DNA of 57,456 bases from a virus (taxonomy: Duplodnaviria; Caudoviricetes): IMG/VR virus record IMGVR_UViG_3300013004_000054, positions 1 through 57,456 of that record; one strand, given 5' to 3'. The position numbers and the translations under genes are program-made. This document shows, piece by piece, positions 22,088 through 31,760 of this stretch; position 1 is the stretch's first letter; the number at the start of each line of letters is the position of its first letter. The notes under the pieces are model-generated. The model worked only from the letters and a program-made list of their open reading frames with translations, ran no database searches and had not been told where the DNA came from.

Positions 22088-23343
22088 CAGGCTCCTTCTA
22101 CAGCATCAGAGTACCACTTTTTCTTAGCCGAGAAACGCGAGAACGATTTGTCAGCGTCAATAAGGTATTCGCGTTCGCCAATCAGTTCACCTTGCGGTCC
22201 GTTAGGCTGGCCTTCTAAGGCGGCTACAATGCCCTCTCCTAGCCATCTAGCAGCATTCACTGGTACTGCTTTGCCCCAGACTGCTTGTAGGCTTGAGTAA
22301 TCCTTTACGCTTTCAATGTCCCAATCGTCTGGCAGACCTTGCATGCGTGCAGACTCACGATGAGTGATAAGACGTGGCTCAGTTGGGTGAACCACATGAT
22401 CTAGTGCAGATCCTGTAAGAACGTTACACCAGTGATCTTCCTTCCAACGATATGGTTGTGAAAAACCAAGTTTGTATTCCTTACGTAGTACACGCGGAGC
22501 AATATCAATCCACTTTTGAGGAAACGCTCCACCGTTCATTTCTACTGCCTTTTTGATAGCTCCGCCAAGATCACCGTTGCCTGGCCAACCATCATTGCCG
22601 ATGATGTCAAACACTTCTTGAATTCTCTGCGCGTGAATGTTGTTCTTTCCAATATGACCATTCACTAGACCATTCTTGGATTTCAAGTGGCTAACCCAAC
22701 GGGACGGTTCTTCCACGTAAGGTTGCGCTTCCCACTTACGCGGAAGTTTTGCAAGATCTCCAATAATGTCCATTATTCTTGGAAGCTCTGTAGGCTGAAC
22801 AACATTGATACCAAAAGGCATACCTGATTCAACTGCAACCCAGAAGTATCGTGGGCGGAATGAGAAACCACCTAATTGAAGATTATTGTGCTTGATGTGG
22901 TATAGGTCGTACTTCTTGTTTGAGACGTCTTCGACCATCTTACGGTACTTGTTCATAACATCGCGACCTTGCGTGTACGCTTGTTGCACACACTCGAAGG
23001 CGATAATCTTAGGCGCTACTCGACCAGCATAGCGCATAAACGCGCGAGTATGCTCGTGCGCCTGTGCGTCTGGGCCTCTGTTCGCTTCACCGGACCAGAC
23101 AGACCAACCAGAGCATGGAGGGCAACCAGCAACTACATCAGCTTTTAACACTGGCCATTCACTGGAGTCTTCTGAGAAAAAGGTACTCCACGAATTGCCA
23201 AGGTAATTTCTGTTTGCTTCAGCAAGAGGATTACCAAAGTTAAGAGTTCCAGTCCGTGCAGTCATTGTCATTCCAGACTGAACAAGGCCAAGACTCATAA
23301 AGCCTGCAAGTCCATTGCAGTCAATAAAGGTAGGTTGAGACAC
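22087..23343 (-). CDS. C5-cytosine DNA methyltransferase-family protein with atypical motifs
   Basis: Motif I DCNGLAG, IV GCPPCSGWS, VI FECV, VIII RPRYF, IX RE.AR.QGLPD, X WGKAVP. GGAGG RBS before GTG. Confidence 0.8.
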   Translation of the reverse strand: MSQPTFIDCNGLAGFMSLGLVQSGMTMTARTGTLNFGNPLAEANRNYLGNSWSTFFSEDSSEWPVLKADVVAGCPPCSGWSVWSGEANRGPDAQAHEHTRAFMRYAGRVAPKIIAFECVQQAYTQGRDVMNKYRKMVEDVSNKKYDLYHIKHNNLQLGGFSFRPRYFWVAVESGMPFGINVVQPTELPRIMDIIGDLAKLPRKWEAQPYVEEPSRWVSHLKSKNGLVNGHIGKNNIHAQRIQEVFDIIGNDGWPGNGDLGGAIKKAVEMNGGAFPQKWIDIAPRVLRKEYKLGFSQPYRWKEDHWCNVLTGSALDHVVHPTEPRLITHRESARMQGLPDDWDIESVKDYSSLQAVWGKAVPVNAARWLGEGIVAALEGQPNGPQGELIGEREYLIDADKSFSRFSAKKKWYSDAVEGA

Positions 23344-23398
23344 GCGGCATATCCTCCATCATTTCGTTATGGGTATACTTTATACCGCGTTTGATGTT

Positions 23399-23698
23399 TT
23401 ATTGGGTATTCTTAGAAAGAATTTGGCCTACCTCGTAGCCACAACCTGCGTAGCCAGCGACGTCAATCCATGTGTCAGGTTGGAACCCAGACTTCGACGC
23501 GTAACGCGCAACCTTAAGCCCAACCATCATCATTGCAACATCTTCGGAAGTGATATTGGTACCTAGAATCACTCCCCAGATCTTTGCGATACGTTCAAAG
23601 TTCTCCTCTGGACCTCCGTATTGAATATCGCGGTCGCCAGCGATAATTCGTGCTGCCTCACGGAGAGCTTCTACGCGTGGTGTTACATCTTGTGTCAT
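23399..23698 (-). CDS. DUF6378-family protein
   Basis: L.EA..II.GDR...YG.PEENF.RIA..W...DVA.MM..LK.AR...D.W.D.AGYA pattern. Confidence 0.75.
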   Translation of the reverse strand: MTQDVTPRVEALREAARIIAGDRDIQYGGPEENFERIAKIWGVILGTNITSEDVAMMMVGLKVARYASKSGFQPDTWIDVAGYAGCGYEVGQILSKNTQ

Positions 23699-23898
23699 TA
23701 CTTTATCCTCACATGCGCTGTTGCTATATAGATGATTGACTCTGCATCTTCTTGCTGTACTTTAACCTCTACGTCGACAGCAGACATTGCGTCTTCTACG
23801 CTGTCTATTGACAGATAGCCGCAGACAAGCTTATGAACCTGCTCAACTATCTCCCCGTGAGTCTTTCCTTTAACCTTAAATTCCACACTTGATCTCAT
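23698..23898 (-). CDS. Hypothetical protein (66 aa)
   Basis: Stop/start overlaps on both sides. Confidence 0.65.
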   Translation of the reverse strand: MRSSVEFKVKGKTHGEIVEQVHKLVCGYLSIDSVEDAMSAVDVEVKVQQEDAESIIYIATAHVRIK

Positions 23899-24317
23899 CA
23901 GCCTACTCTTTTCTCTAACTTGTATGGAGAGTAGTGAGTGCCATCAAGCAAAGGTTCCTTGCCGTCTGTAGACTTAAAGATAATGTCTCCGTAACGAACA
24001 GCAACAACCTTACCTTTACGCCCATTGTGAATGCGACCAGTATCATCACTAAACGCATCACTAGCAACACGGACCTCGTCGCCAACGTTAATAAAGCCAG
24101 GGCGAGCTGGTTCCCATACTTCATGTTTGCTCTCGACAGTAAGAGCATGATTAAGTGCAACCTTAGAAAAGAGGTCAACCGCCTCTTTTGCTGCTGCTTC
24201 ACTTAGTTTTAGATCATTCCATGTTGAAAGAAGCTTAAGCACCGATGTGCCTACGCCTACTTTCACCTTTGCGGCTTGAAATTGTTCTCTAACCCAAGCC
24301 TCATCAACTTGCGGCAT
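23898..24317 (-). CDS. Hypothetical protein with KOW/SH3-like C-terminal region
   Basis: Probable start MPQVD at 24317 after AGGAGG; VGDEVRV...GRKGKVVAVR pattern. Confidence 0.65.
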   Translation of the reverse strand: MPQVDEAWVREQFQAAKVKVGVGTSVLKLLSTWNDLKLSEAAAKEAVDLFSKVALNHALTVESKHEVWEPARPGFINVGDEVRVASDAFSDDTGRIHNGRKGKVVAVRYGDIIFKSTDGKEPLLDGTHYSPYKLEKRVG

Positions 24318-24786
24318 TTGTTTCCTCCTTAGGTGAGCATTTTGCACACGTTCCTTCAATAACACCGGCACCGACATCGTCGATGGCTCGCGCGCATGCT
24401 ACGCACTTGACTCCAGCGTCTTTTACCTTGTATCCCTTAAGTTGACGTTGACGGTTTTTCTCCATCTTCTCAAGGTAATACTTGTTTAGTTGTTCGTCTG
24501 TTCCTCCAGCCGCAACAATAATGTTTGCGACAAAGTGCAGAACGTCAACAGCTTCTTTGATTATCTCTTCGCGGTCTGCGTATGGCTTGTCATGCTGCCA
24601 AGGCTTCCACGAGATTGCCTGGCGCATTTCTGCTAGCTCATCATCAATGGCTAGCATGTTCCAGCGCATGTACTCAACAAGACGACGAATGTTCGCGTCC
24701 TTATCCCCACTCATTTCTTCGTAGTTGATAAAGTACGTGTTTTCTTGTAGATCTTTTGTCTTATACAGCCATTTATTAAACAGCAT
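24304..24786 (-). CDS. All-alpha (dimeric dUTPase/dCTPase, MazG-like) nucleotide pyrophosphatase with C-terminal CxxC..CxxC
   Basis: DELAE....WKPW....EE..KEAVDVLHF...Y..K...N..RQ..GY signature. Confidence 0.8.
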   Translation of the reverse strand: MLFNKWLYKTKDLQENTYFINYEEMSGDKDANIRRLVEYMRWNMLAIDDELAEMRQAISWKPWQHDKPYADREEIIKEAVDVLHFVANIIVAAGGTDEQLNKYYLEKMEKNRQRQLKGYKVKDAGVKCVACARAIDDVGAGVIEGTCAKCSPKEETNAAS

Positions 24787-24787
24787 G

Positions 24788-25813
24788 CTATATTGCTCCT
24801 CTCCCTACTGCGATGCGAAGACCTAGTTGATCTTCTAGTAACGTTTTTGCTGCACTTTTAGACGGAATACTTGTTAAGTACTCTGCGGTCTGTCTTGTTG
24901 AAAGTGCGTTTCTTTCTTGGTTTGTCATTGTTTCTATTGGTGAGGCAAGCATACTCCACGAATCACCGATGCTGGAACTTTCGCGCCATTCAGTTGCAAT
25001 CGGTGTTTGCGCATTCATTGCTTGTGCATACCGGTATGTCCACCATGTTCCACCCTTGTACTGTGGTAGTAACACTCCTGACGACATTAGAATTTGGTCG
25101 TAGCATTCCTCGTCCTTCCATCCTTTGTTCCAACGGATAGGTACTATAGGAAATGACAGCGTTTTAGCAATTGACTTTGCCCAAGTAGTCGTTGGTCCTT
25201 CAGCAGCCCATCGGTTAAAGCGCACGTCAGTCTTATTTGATCTTGGCTCAATTAGATATGCATCAAGGTTTATTCCGTTAAGCACAAGCCCTTCAGGGAG
25301 TTCACGCTCAATTGAAGTAACATCGTGCCAAGGCAAAGACGGATAGATTGTTTTAGGCCATTTGCCACTCAGTAACTTATTAACAGTCTTGATAAGACGT
25401 TTAGATACGTCTGGGCTGTTGACTAGTTGGTAACCTTTGCGGTATGAGAAGAACGGCTTTGTTAGATTCTCTGGTGTAGACGATATAGCTCGAAGACTCG
25501 CAGTGATCTGCGCCGGGTGCGGTGCGTCGATAAACAAGGTAAGTTTATCACTGTTATACATCACGTCGATAATGTGAAGTGCACCATATGCCTTATTAGC
25601 ACTTAGACTGGTTAATGGCGAGACGCCAACAAGCACTGCGTCATAGTAATTGAGATTTTCAACCGTCCACGTGATGTCAGGTTCCATCATCACAACGGTG
25701 TGTCCTGCTTCAGTTAACACCTTTTCAATTGCGCCAGCAAAAGAAAGAGAGCGTTTATTGGCGGACATGGACATCTGTGGTGCAGACATTCCAGTTATAA
25801 GAACACGACTCAT
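24788..25813 (-). CDS. Putative GT-B-fold glycosyltransferase, paralog 2
   Basis: RVLITG..., L..AGH.V, YDA, PL.SL, GAL and WW..R motifs shared with 25810..27021. Confidence 0.55.
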   Translation of the reverse strand: MSRVLITGMSAPQMSMSANKRSLSFAGAIEKVLTEAGHTVVMMEPDITWTVENLNYYDAVLVGVSPLTSLSANKAYGALHIIDVMYNSDKLTLFIDAPHPAQITASLRAISSTPENLTKPFFSYRKGYQLVNSPDVSKRLIKTVNKLLSGKWPKTIYPSLPWHDVTSIERELPEGLVLNGINLDAYLIEPRSNKTDVRFNRWAAEGPTTTWAKSIAKTLSFPIVPIRWNKGWKDEECYDQILMSSGVLLPQYKGGTWWTYRYAQAMNAQTPIATEWRESSSIGDSWSMLASPIETMTNQERNALSTRQTAEYLTSIPSKSAAKTLLEDQLGLRIAVGRGAI

Positions 25814-27021
25814 GCATCAGTCCCGTCTGCATTTAGTTTAAGGCCTTTGTCTTCCTTAAGCGCGCGGGTAATAATTTTCTCAACGTGATCCTTAAAACCG
25901 TCATAGGTTCCAATGTACGGTCGTAGCGCATCAGCCTGAGCCTTTGCAGCAGCCTCTAGTTCCGCGTCAGACATCTTTTCGACGTCAGCCACGGTTAGCT
26001 TATAGGCATCACCTAACGGATCGCCCTCACCCTTGTCTGTGACAAGAATAGAGCCAATGCGTGCAGCATACAAGAAGCGTGAGCGCCACCAACCAGAACC
26101 AGCATGTGGGTACGGAGGTGACAAGATTCCCCAACGCTCGTTGTAGAAGTTTAGAACATCAAGTTCTGTGTCAAGGCGTTGTCCACCAAGTTTACGAATA
26201 AGTTTACGACTACCAATAATTTCAACTTGCCAGCCAAGATTCTTTCTTGCAAGCCATTCATCGTGAGGCATCAACGCGCCAAGTACCCATGCGCGTTTCT
26301 TTTCTGCTGCAGGTTTTGGTGTAATTGCGTTTAGCGTGTCAAATGTTACACAACTTGGATCAAGTGCCTCGATAGGGCCAACTTCACTTGGCATGCGTTT
26401 GCGAACACTAGTGCGGTCGCCCCACGCGTACATTGGACAAACTGGAACCATTCCAGCTTCCCAACGACGGTCAATCATGTCTGTTGCTGCTTGCACAAGA
26501 CGTTTTTCATAAGGCTTAATCTGTTCGTCCGTGTCCATCATGTAGTAGCGCTCAATGTAGCATTTCTTTGCAGCGTCTGGGTCTTTTTCTCTAACTCTTT
26601 CAAGTGCAGCCTCAATGTCTGCACGACTAAAGTATGTTGCGCCTTCTTCGCCGCGATGTTCAGTTCCTACAAGCAGATGTTTGTACAACATCGCAGGTTT
26701 GCGAACCATCGCGCGAGCGCCATTAAAAACTGTGTTAAACTGCCAATCGTCAAAGAATCCGACTGAAGGCAGTCCTGATGAAAGAGCGTATAGTGCACCC
26801 ATCGCGCCTTGGCGTCCGTTAAGTGAGTTTAACGGTGCAAGATTTATCCACGCGGCATCGTATGATGATAGATCTTCTCCAGGCGTGACCTTTCGCCAAT
26901 CTACATCGTGCCCTAGATCTGTTAACGCTTTTGCAATCAGTGCTGGTACATCAATCTTCTGAATAGTACGTCGCTCTGTGTTAATCTGCAGCGCTGTAAA
27001 TCCTGTCATCAAGATTTTCAT
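25810..27021 (-). CDS. Putative GT-B-fold (DNA) glycosyltransferase, paralog 1
   Basis: MKILMTG start, L..LGHDV, FFDDWQ, and C-terminal E.DV..FY....GIL.PPY...GWWRSR typical of GT-B donor-binding domains. Confidence 0.6.
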   Translation of the reverse strand: MKILMTGFTALQINTERRTIQKIDVPALIAKALTDLGHDVDWRKVTPGEDLSSYDAAWINLAPLNSLNGRQGAMGALYALSSGLPSVGFFDDWQFNTVFNGARAMVRKPAMLYKHLLVGTEHRGEEGATYFSRADIEAALERVREKDPDAAKKCYIERYYMMDTDEQIKPYEKRLVQAATDMIDRRWEAGMVPVCPMYAWGDRTSVRKRMPSEVGPIEALDPSCVTFDTLNAITPKPAAEKKRAWVLGALMPHDEWLARKNLGWQVEIIGSRKLIRKLGGQRLDTELDVLNFYNERWGILSPPYPHAGSGWWRSRFLYAARIGSILVTDKGEGDPLGDAYKLTVADVEKMSDAELEAAAKAQADALRPYIGTYDGFKDHVEKIITRALKEDKGLKLNADGTDA

Positions 27022-27036
27022 GCTTACTCCTATCTA

Positions 27037-27091
27037 AGTTGCTGGTATCATTGCCCATATTTTTGGTACAGGCAATGATACCAGAACAACT
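27037..27091 (-). terminator. Long intergenic stem-loop between ssb and the GT pair
   Basis: CTGGTATCATTGCC (27042-27055) pairs perfectly with GGCAATGATACCAG (27071-27084); extended by AGTTG/CAACT; no U-tract. Confidence 0.55.
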
Positions 27092-27096
27092 AGTTA

Positions 27097-27663
27097 TTAG
27101 AATGGCGACGCAGGTGCTGCTGGCGCTTGAGCAACAGGAGCTACTGGAGCTTCTGCCATTACAGGCGCTGGAGCTGGTGCTGGTGCCGGAGCTGGCGCTG
27201 GAGCCGGTGCTGGTGCAGGTGCTGGTGCAGCTGCTGCAGCGGTCGTTGCAGTAGCGGTTGCAATGTAGTACATCTTGATTTCGTTTTTCTTGGAACCATT
27301 CCAAGTACGTGAACCAATCTGTGCACGGAACGCGCGTCCCTTAAGTGCAGCCTCAATCTGTGCATTACTTGGGCTTGATGAGAAGTATTCACGTCCCAAA
27401 CCAAGTGCTGCCATTTTGCGGAAGAACATGCCTAATGCAGCAGGGCTGTCAGGTGTGACAACTAAGTTGTCCCAGACCAAACGCTTGTTGTGTGGTCCTC
27501 CCTGTACTTGTGCCTTAACAGCAAACATGGTCTTTCCTGATTGTGCTACCTTTGCAGTAGCTTCTAATACGAGGAGATCGTAATCTCCGTCTGGTAGTGG
27601 ATCGTAGTTTCCTCCGACGTCACCGGCGTCCTTAACAAGATCGCCCCAATTGAGTGAACTCAT
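27097..27663 (-). CDS. Single-stranded DNA-binding protein (DUF669-like)
   Basis: YDPLP.G.Y, SGK.M, WDNLV, (AP)n linker and terminal PF; lies next to Sak4. Confidence 0.75.
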   Translation of the reverse strand: MSSLNWGDLVKDAGDVGGNYDPLPDGDYDLLVLEATAKVAQSGKTMFAVKAQVQGGPHNKRLVWDNLVVTPDSPAALGMFFRKMAALGLGREYFSSSPSNAQIEAALKGRAFRAQIGSRTWNGSKKNEIKMYYIATATATTAAAAAPAPAPAPAPAPAPAPAPAPAPVMAEAPVAPVAQAPAAPASPF

Positions 27664-27702
27664 GTACCTTTACCTTTCCTTGTTGTGCGCTAACCGGATT
27701 GG

Positions 27703-28473
27703 CTAGGACGCTGCTTTTTTTGTTTTAGCTTCTGGCTTTGGGCCAAAAACCAAGTCTAACATTCGTTCAATTCCAAGATTTTCTTGTTCGACTACTTTTC
27801 CTAGTCGCCCTTGAACGCGTTCACCGGCCTCGTATGCATCAGTACGTTCGACGTACATGCGACGTACTTTGTATGGAGGTTGCAGTGGATCTGGGTTTGG
27901 CTGTGTTTCCACAGTAATCGCACCCAAAATGTCGTAAAAATACGGAGCCTGAATTGCAAGCTGACCTTGAAGGTACGGACGCACGCGCCCATCTTGTCCA
28001 GGACGAGCCATAGCAGTTAGCACAACAGCTTCTAGCGGTTGTGTTGGGTGCATTGTTAAGTCACGTAGGTCACGCAATAGCGCTCCCATGTGACGAAGCA
28101 ATTCGCCCCACTGCTGCATCTTCATTTGTTCTGTACCAGCGATGCTATCCATACACTTCACTTGAAGCTCTGAGATAGAATCAATAATCAATGACTTAAA
28201 CTGATGCTTACCAGTTTGTAACCATTGAAACGACTTCATGACTACATCGTAGTCACGAACATTCACAACCACAGTATCCCAGGTTCCATCTGCAACAGGT
28301 GGTTCCTCCCGCAATGGGTCCCAGTACTTAACATTGATGGGAAGGAATCTATGTCCACCCTCAACGTCAAGCATGAGACGGGGATAAGGTGCGGTTACCG
28401 CAAAAGTTGATTTACCAACCTTTGACTCGCCATACACCATGATTGTGAGGGAACGTTGTACTTCGTTTGACAT
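27703..28473 (-). CDS. Sak4-like AAA_24 ATPase (ssDNA annealing protein)
   Basis: YGESKVGKST Walker A, LDVEGG, IIDSISELQ Walker B. Confidence 0.8.
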   Translation of the reverse strand: MSNEVQRSLTIMVYGESKVGKSTFAVTAPYPRLMLDVEGGHRFLPINVKYWDPLREEPPVADGTWDTVVVNVRDYDVVMKSFQWLQTGKHQFKSLIIDSISELQVKCMDSIAGTEQMKMQQWGELLRHMGALLRDLRDLTMHPTQPLEAVVLTAMARPGQDGRVRPYLQGQLAIQAPYFYDILGAITVETQPNPDPLQPPYKVRRMYVERTDAYEAGERVQGRLGKVVEQENLGIERMLDLVFGPKPEAKTKKAAS

Positions 28474-28476
28474 ACG

Positions 28477-29418
28477 TCACTCACTTCCTTTCTTCTCTTC
28501 GTTGTTGTTGTAATATCCGTATGGATCTGCTGATGCATACGATTCGCTAATTGCTTGTTCGGCGGCGGAACCGTCGTCGATCAGCGGGCAAATAGCGAAA
28601 AATTGGCACTTCCACTTACAGTCACGGCTTGGACGTGGATATGCGACTAGTTGATGAGTAACTCCCTCATCTAAAGCTTTACGGACGTTTAGCAAGTCGC
28701 TAATTGTTCCGTGGACGCGCTGCCAAAAGGCACGCAGTGTAAAGATGTTGTGACGAACTTCCATCTGCTCATAGAAAGGTGGCTTTGCATTTGCAGTGCG
28801 CTTTACCTTCTTCAACATCGTGAAGATGCCGCCTTCTGAACGTTCGCCTTCCTTATTTTGTGCAGTCTCGAGCATCATGTATGTAAGAATCTGCTCATTC
28901 ATATGCGCCATTGACGCGAAGTCTGTAAAGGAACCACCGACTGTCTTAAAGTCACGGAACATACGAACACCGTCAGCCTTGCGACGAACGCGCATGTCAA
29001 TCTTGCCTTGCAAGATTACCTTATTGTCGAACAACGGCATTTCAATAATCTCTTCAGTAGAAATCATCTCTAACTCTGCGTCGATACCTTGGTCTTCTAC
29101 CCAGTCAAGGTAACCTTCAAGCATGATGCGACCAAGCTCTGCCTCAGAGTCAAGATCAGAAGTATCGCGAAACGAATTGGCAAGAATTAACTTATCTTTT
29201 TCTACAAGTGCTGCGTGCGCCTCAATTAAAGGAATGTCCTTTGAGTAGTAGTCATCAAGCGCTTGGTGGATACGTGAACCAAGAGCAAGTGCGCCTGTTT
29301 TTGATTCCATTCTAGGTTGCAGTCTACGATAGTAGCTAAGCCACCACTTTCGTCTGCAGTCCTTAAACGTTTGCAGCTCTGAGTTAGAGATGCGTAGTGG
29401 ACCAGTAAGTTCACTCAT
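28477..29418 (-). CDS. PD-(D/E)XK RecB/Cas4-like exonuclease
   Basis: IS.S.L..F..C.RKW, LG...H, GKID, DFKT, QI..Y and C.W.C.F...C motifs. Confidence 0.85.
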   Translation of the reverse strand: MSELTGPLRISNSELQTFKDCRRKWWLSYYRRLQPRMESKTGALALGSRIHQALDDYYSKDIPLIEAHAALVEKDKLILANSFRDTSDLDSEAELGRIMLEGYLDWVEDQGIDAELEMISTEEIIEMPLFDNKVILQGKIDMRVRRKADGVRMFRDFKTVGGSFTDFASMAHMNEQILTYMMLETAQNKEGERSEGGIFTMLKKVKRTANAKPPFYEQMEVRHNIFTLRAFWQRVHGTISDLLNVRKALDEGVTHQLVAYPRPSRDCKWKCQFFAICPLIDDGSAAEQAISESYASADPYGYYNNNEEKKGSE

Positions 29419-31220
29419 AGTTTTCCCGCCTTATCATCTTTAAGAAGCGATAACAGTTGAGCCTTATCGCGAACGATTTGTTCAAAGTTATCTGCCTTTG
29501 TTTCTAGTACTTGAATTACGCGTTCCTCGATAGTTCCTTCAGTGACGTAATCAGTGATTACCACTGAGTCGTGAATCTCTGAACCAATACGGTGAATACG
29601 GTCAAGTGCTTGCTTGTGGTCAACAAGTGACCAAGGACGCTGTAGCATGACAAGACGTCTTGCCGCAGTTAGTGTAATTCCGACACCACCAGCCTGTGCT
29701 GTAAAAAGTATCCACTTGATCTTGCCAGCCTGAAAATCATCAACTGCTTGTTGACGTTCATCTTCATCCTGAGCACCAGTGATGAGACCATGTGGAATTT
29801 TTTCCTTAGTTAGTTCTGCACTAAGTAAATCTATAAGTTGTCGTGATACAGCGCATACTGCAACTGAGTCGTCACCAAAGTCGCCGCTCTTGATGTCGTC
29901 CATAAGCGCATCAACCTTGCACGAAGGACCGATAAGTTTAACTTCAGTCTCGCCTGTAGATTCATCAACTGTTACTTCTGCAAATGAACTTGCAAACTGC
30001 AGAAGACGAATTGTCTGAGTTAGTGCGCTTGGCGCAGTTAATGAATCTCCACCTTCAAGCTCTGCAATCATAAGATCACGCATCTGGTCGTAAGCTTTCT
30101 TTTGCTTAGTTGACATTTCAACGTCCTTGCGTTCAAACATCATTTCTGGCAGCCAAGGAAGTACTTTTTTCTTAAGCATACGACGCATACGAGGATTGAC
30201 GGCAGCATAGAACTCTTCTTCCATGTGAGGCTTTACACCAAGAACCATCATTCCGCCAAATGCGTTAAGCATAATGTTAATCATTCGGTCAATCCAGCGA
30301 GTCTTGCTTGGCCATTCCTCAGGTGACAACCAGTGAAGAATCGACCATAGATCTAAAACGTTGTTTGCAATAGGTGTTCCAGTGAGTGCAAAACGAATGT
30401 CAGCGTTCCCAGTAGCAGCCCACAGCGCACGTGTCTGTTTTGACTTAGGCTCTTTTGAGCGGTGAATCTCATCAGCAACTACTGACTTAAAGTCGATTGC
30501 GTTTAATTCACGACGATGTACCTCGCAACGATTTTCACTTACTTTTTCATCGTGGCCGCCGCAGTCCTTGCATTTTGCAAGAGCAATTGATCCATATCCT
30601 GCAAGTCTAGAGTGTGTCCTCAAGGACTCCCAGTTAATAACGAATACATCAGCGTCGTTCTCAAAGATCTTCCTACGTTGCGTTGCGGATCCTTTGATTA
30701 CCTCAACGTCAATGCCTGGCCACCAGCGCTCAAACTCACGCTTCCAGTTTTTCTTAAGAGTATTAGGGCAGACGATAAGAGCTGGGAACACATCGTTACC
30801 TTGTGCTTGTAATTCCTTTAGCGCACGGATTGCTTGGGCTGTTTTTCCTAAGCCAGGTTCATCAGCAAGTAGCGCCCGTCGTGCTGTAGCAAGAAACTTT
30901 ACGCCTGCTCGTTGGTGGGGAAATAGGTCCTCGTTAGAGGCGTCCTCAAGGGTCTCTAGGTCACGAAGAGCGTTGGCTGGGGTAATACGCGTGGCTAGCT
31001 CATTTGATGCCCAGAGCGACAATTTAGGGCCAATTATTAGGTCGTCACGAAAGGTTGAGCGTAAGGCAAGACAGGTTGCCCACGATGCAGGAACTCTCCA
31101 CTGCTGCGCACCGGCATCCCATTTTGATCCAGGAATACTTTTGCAAAGCTCTTTAAAGCGCCACTCAGTATGGATAATTATATTAGCGCTTGAATCATCA
31201 AGCTCTACATTTACTGGCAC
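29415..31220 (-). CDS. SNF2-family helicase
   Basis: LADEPGLGKT, DEIH, LTGTP, GGVGITLT and QA.DRIHRIG motifs; inserted CxxC...CxxH. Confidence 0.9.
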   Translation of the reverse strand: MPVNVELDDSSANIIIHTEWRFKELCKSIPGSKWDAGAQQWRVPASWATCLALRSTFRDDLIIGPKLSLWASNELATRITPANALRDLETLEDASNEDLFPHQRAGVKFLATARRALLADEPGLGKTAQAIRALKELQAQGNDVFPALIVCPNTLKKNWKREFERWWPGIDVEVIKGSATQRRKIFENDADVFVINWESLRTHSRLAGYGSIALAKCKDCGGHDEKVSENRCEVHRRELNAIDFKSVVADEIHRSKEPKSKQTRALWAATGNADIRFALTGTPIANNVLDLWSILHWLSPEEWPSKTRWIDRMINIMLNAFGGMMVLGVKPHMEEEFYAAVNPRMRRMLKKKVLPWLPEMMFERKDVEMSTKQKKAYDQMRDLMIAELEGGDSLTAPSALTQTIRLLQFASSFAEVTVDESTGETEVKLIGPSCKVDALMDDIKSGDFGDDSVAVCAVSRQLIDLLSAELTKEKIPHGLITGAQDEDERQQAVDDFQAGKIKWILFTAQAGGVGITLTAARRLVMLQRPWSLVDHKQALDRIHRIGSEIHDSVVITDYVTEGTIEERVIQVLETKADNFEQIVRDKAQLLSLLKDDKAGKL

Positions 31221-31250
31221 TGTGCTTAGTCCTCTCGTCGTTACGTAATC

Positions 31251-31259
31251 ATACTATCA
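31251..31259 (-). promoter_or_regulatory. Extended -10 promoter TGATAGTAT
   Basis: TGn-TAnnnT in the gap upstream of the helicase. Confidence 0.45.
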
Positions 31260-31307
31260 GGATTTTTAGAAAAGCAAACACTTTTCTGCTTAGTATCTAC
31301 TTTTTTA

Positions 31308-31760
31308 TTATTGTAGCAATCTTGTGGGTTTCCATCCTGTTTTTACCAGTCTAAGCAGCCCATGTCGAATAGCGTCAAGCGCGTGACCTTCCCCACCTTT
31401 ATGCCAGTATTCAAGTTTCTTAAGTTTAGGGTTATCAAACATTGCCTTTGCGTCCGCGGGAGACTGAAAATAAATGTCGTCAGGTTTTCTCCCTGCGTCC
31501 ATAAGACACTGCTTAAGGATACCAATTTGCTCAAGTGAGTAAGGTGCCTGCGAGTTACGAACAGTCTGAGCGTTGATGGTAAATCTTTCACACACTACTT
31601 CAACATCAGGGTACATCCGCAATGTTTCACGAATCGGTTGAGCGTATTCTTCCTGTTGGTACTCACCCGACCACACAAGAACGGGTTCAGCATCAGCCTC
31701 CCTGGTGAAAAGAGCCATACCAGTTGCCTTACCTGGGTCTACTGAAAGTATTACCTTCAT
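31308..31760 (-). CDS. RuvC-like Holliday junction resolvase
   Basis: ILSVDPG..TG, VVCE, H..DA motifs. Probable start MKVIL at 31760 (ATGA overlap). Confidence 0.75.
   Translation of the reverse strand: MKVILSVDPGKATGMALFTREADAEPVLVWSGEYQQEEYAQPIRETLRMYPDVEVVCERFTINAQTVRNSQAPYSLEQIGILKQCLMDAGRKPDDIYFQSPADAKAMFDNPKLKKLEYWHKGGEGHALDAIRHGLLRLVKTGWKPTRLLQ

Noticed and set aside
27150-27245. (GCTGGT/GCTGGA)n repeat
   Set aside because: It encodes the ordinary (Ala-Pro)n linker of the SSB.
28477-29418. Cas4-like nuclease as evidence of CRISPR-Cas
   Set aside because: It sits in the usual exonuclease-Sak4-SSB recombination module, with no cas genes or array.
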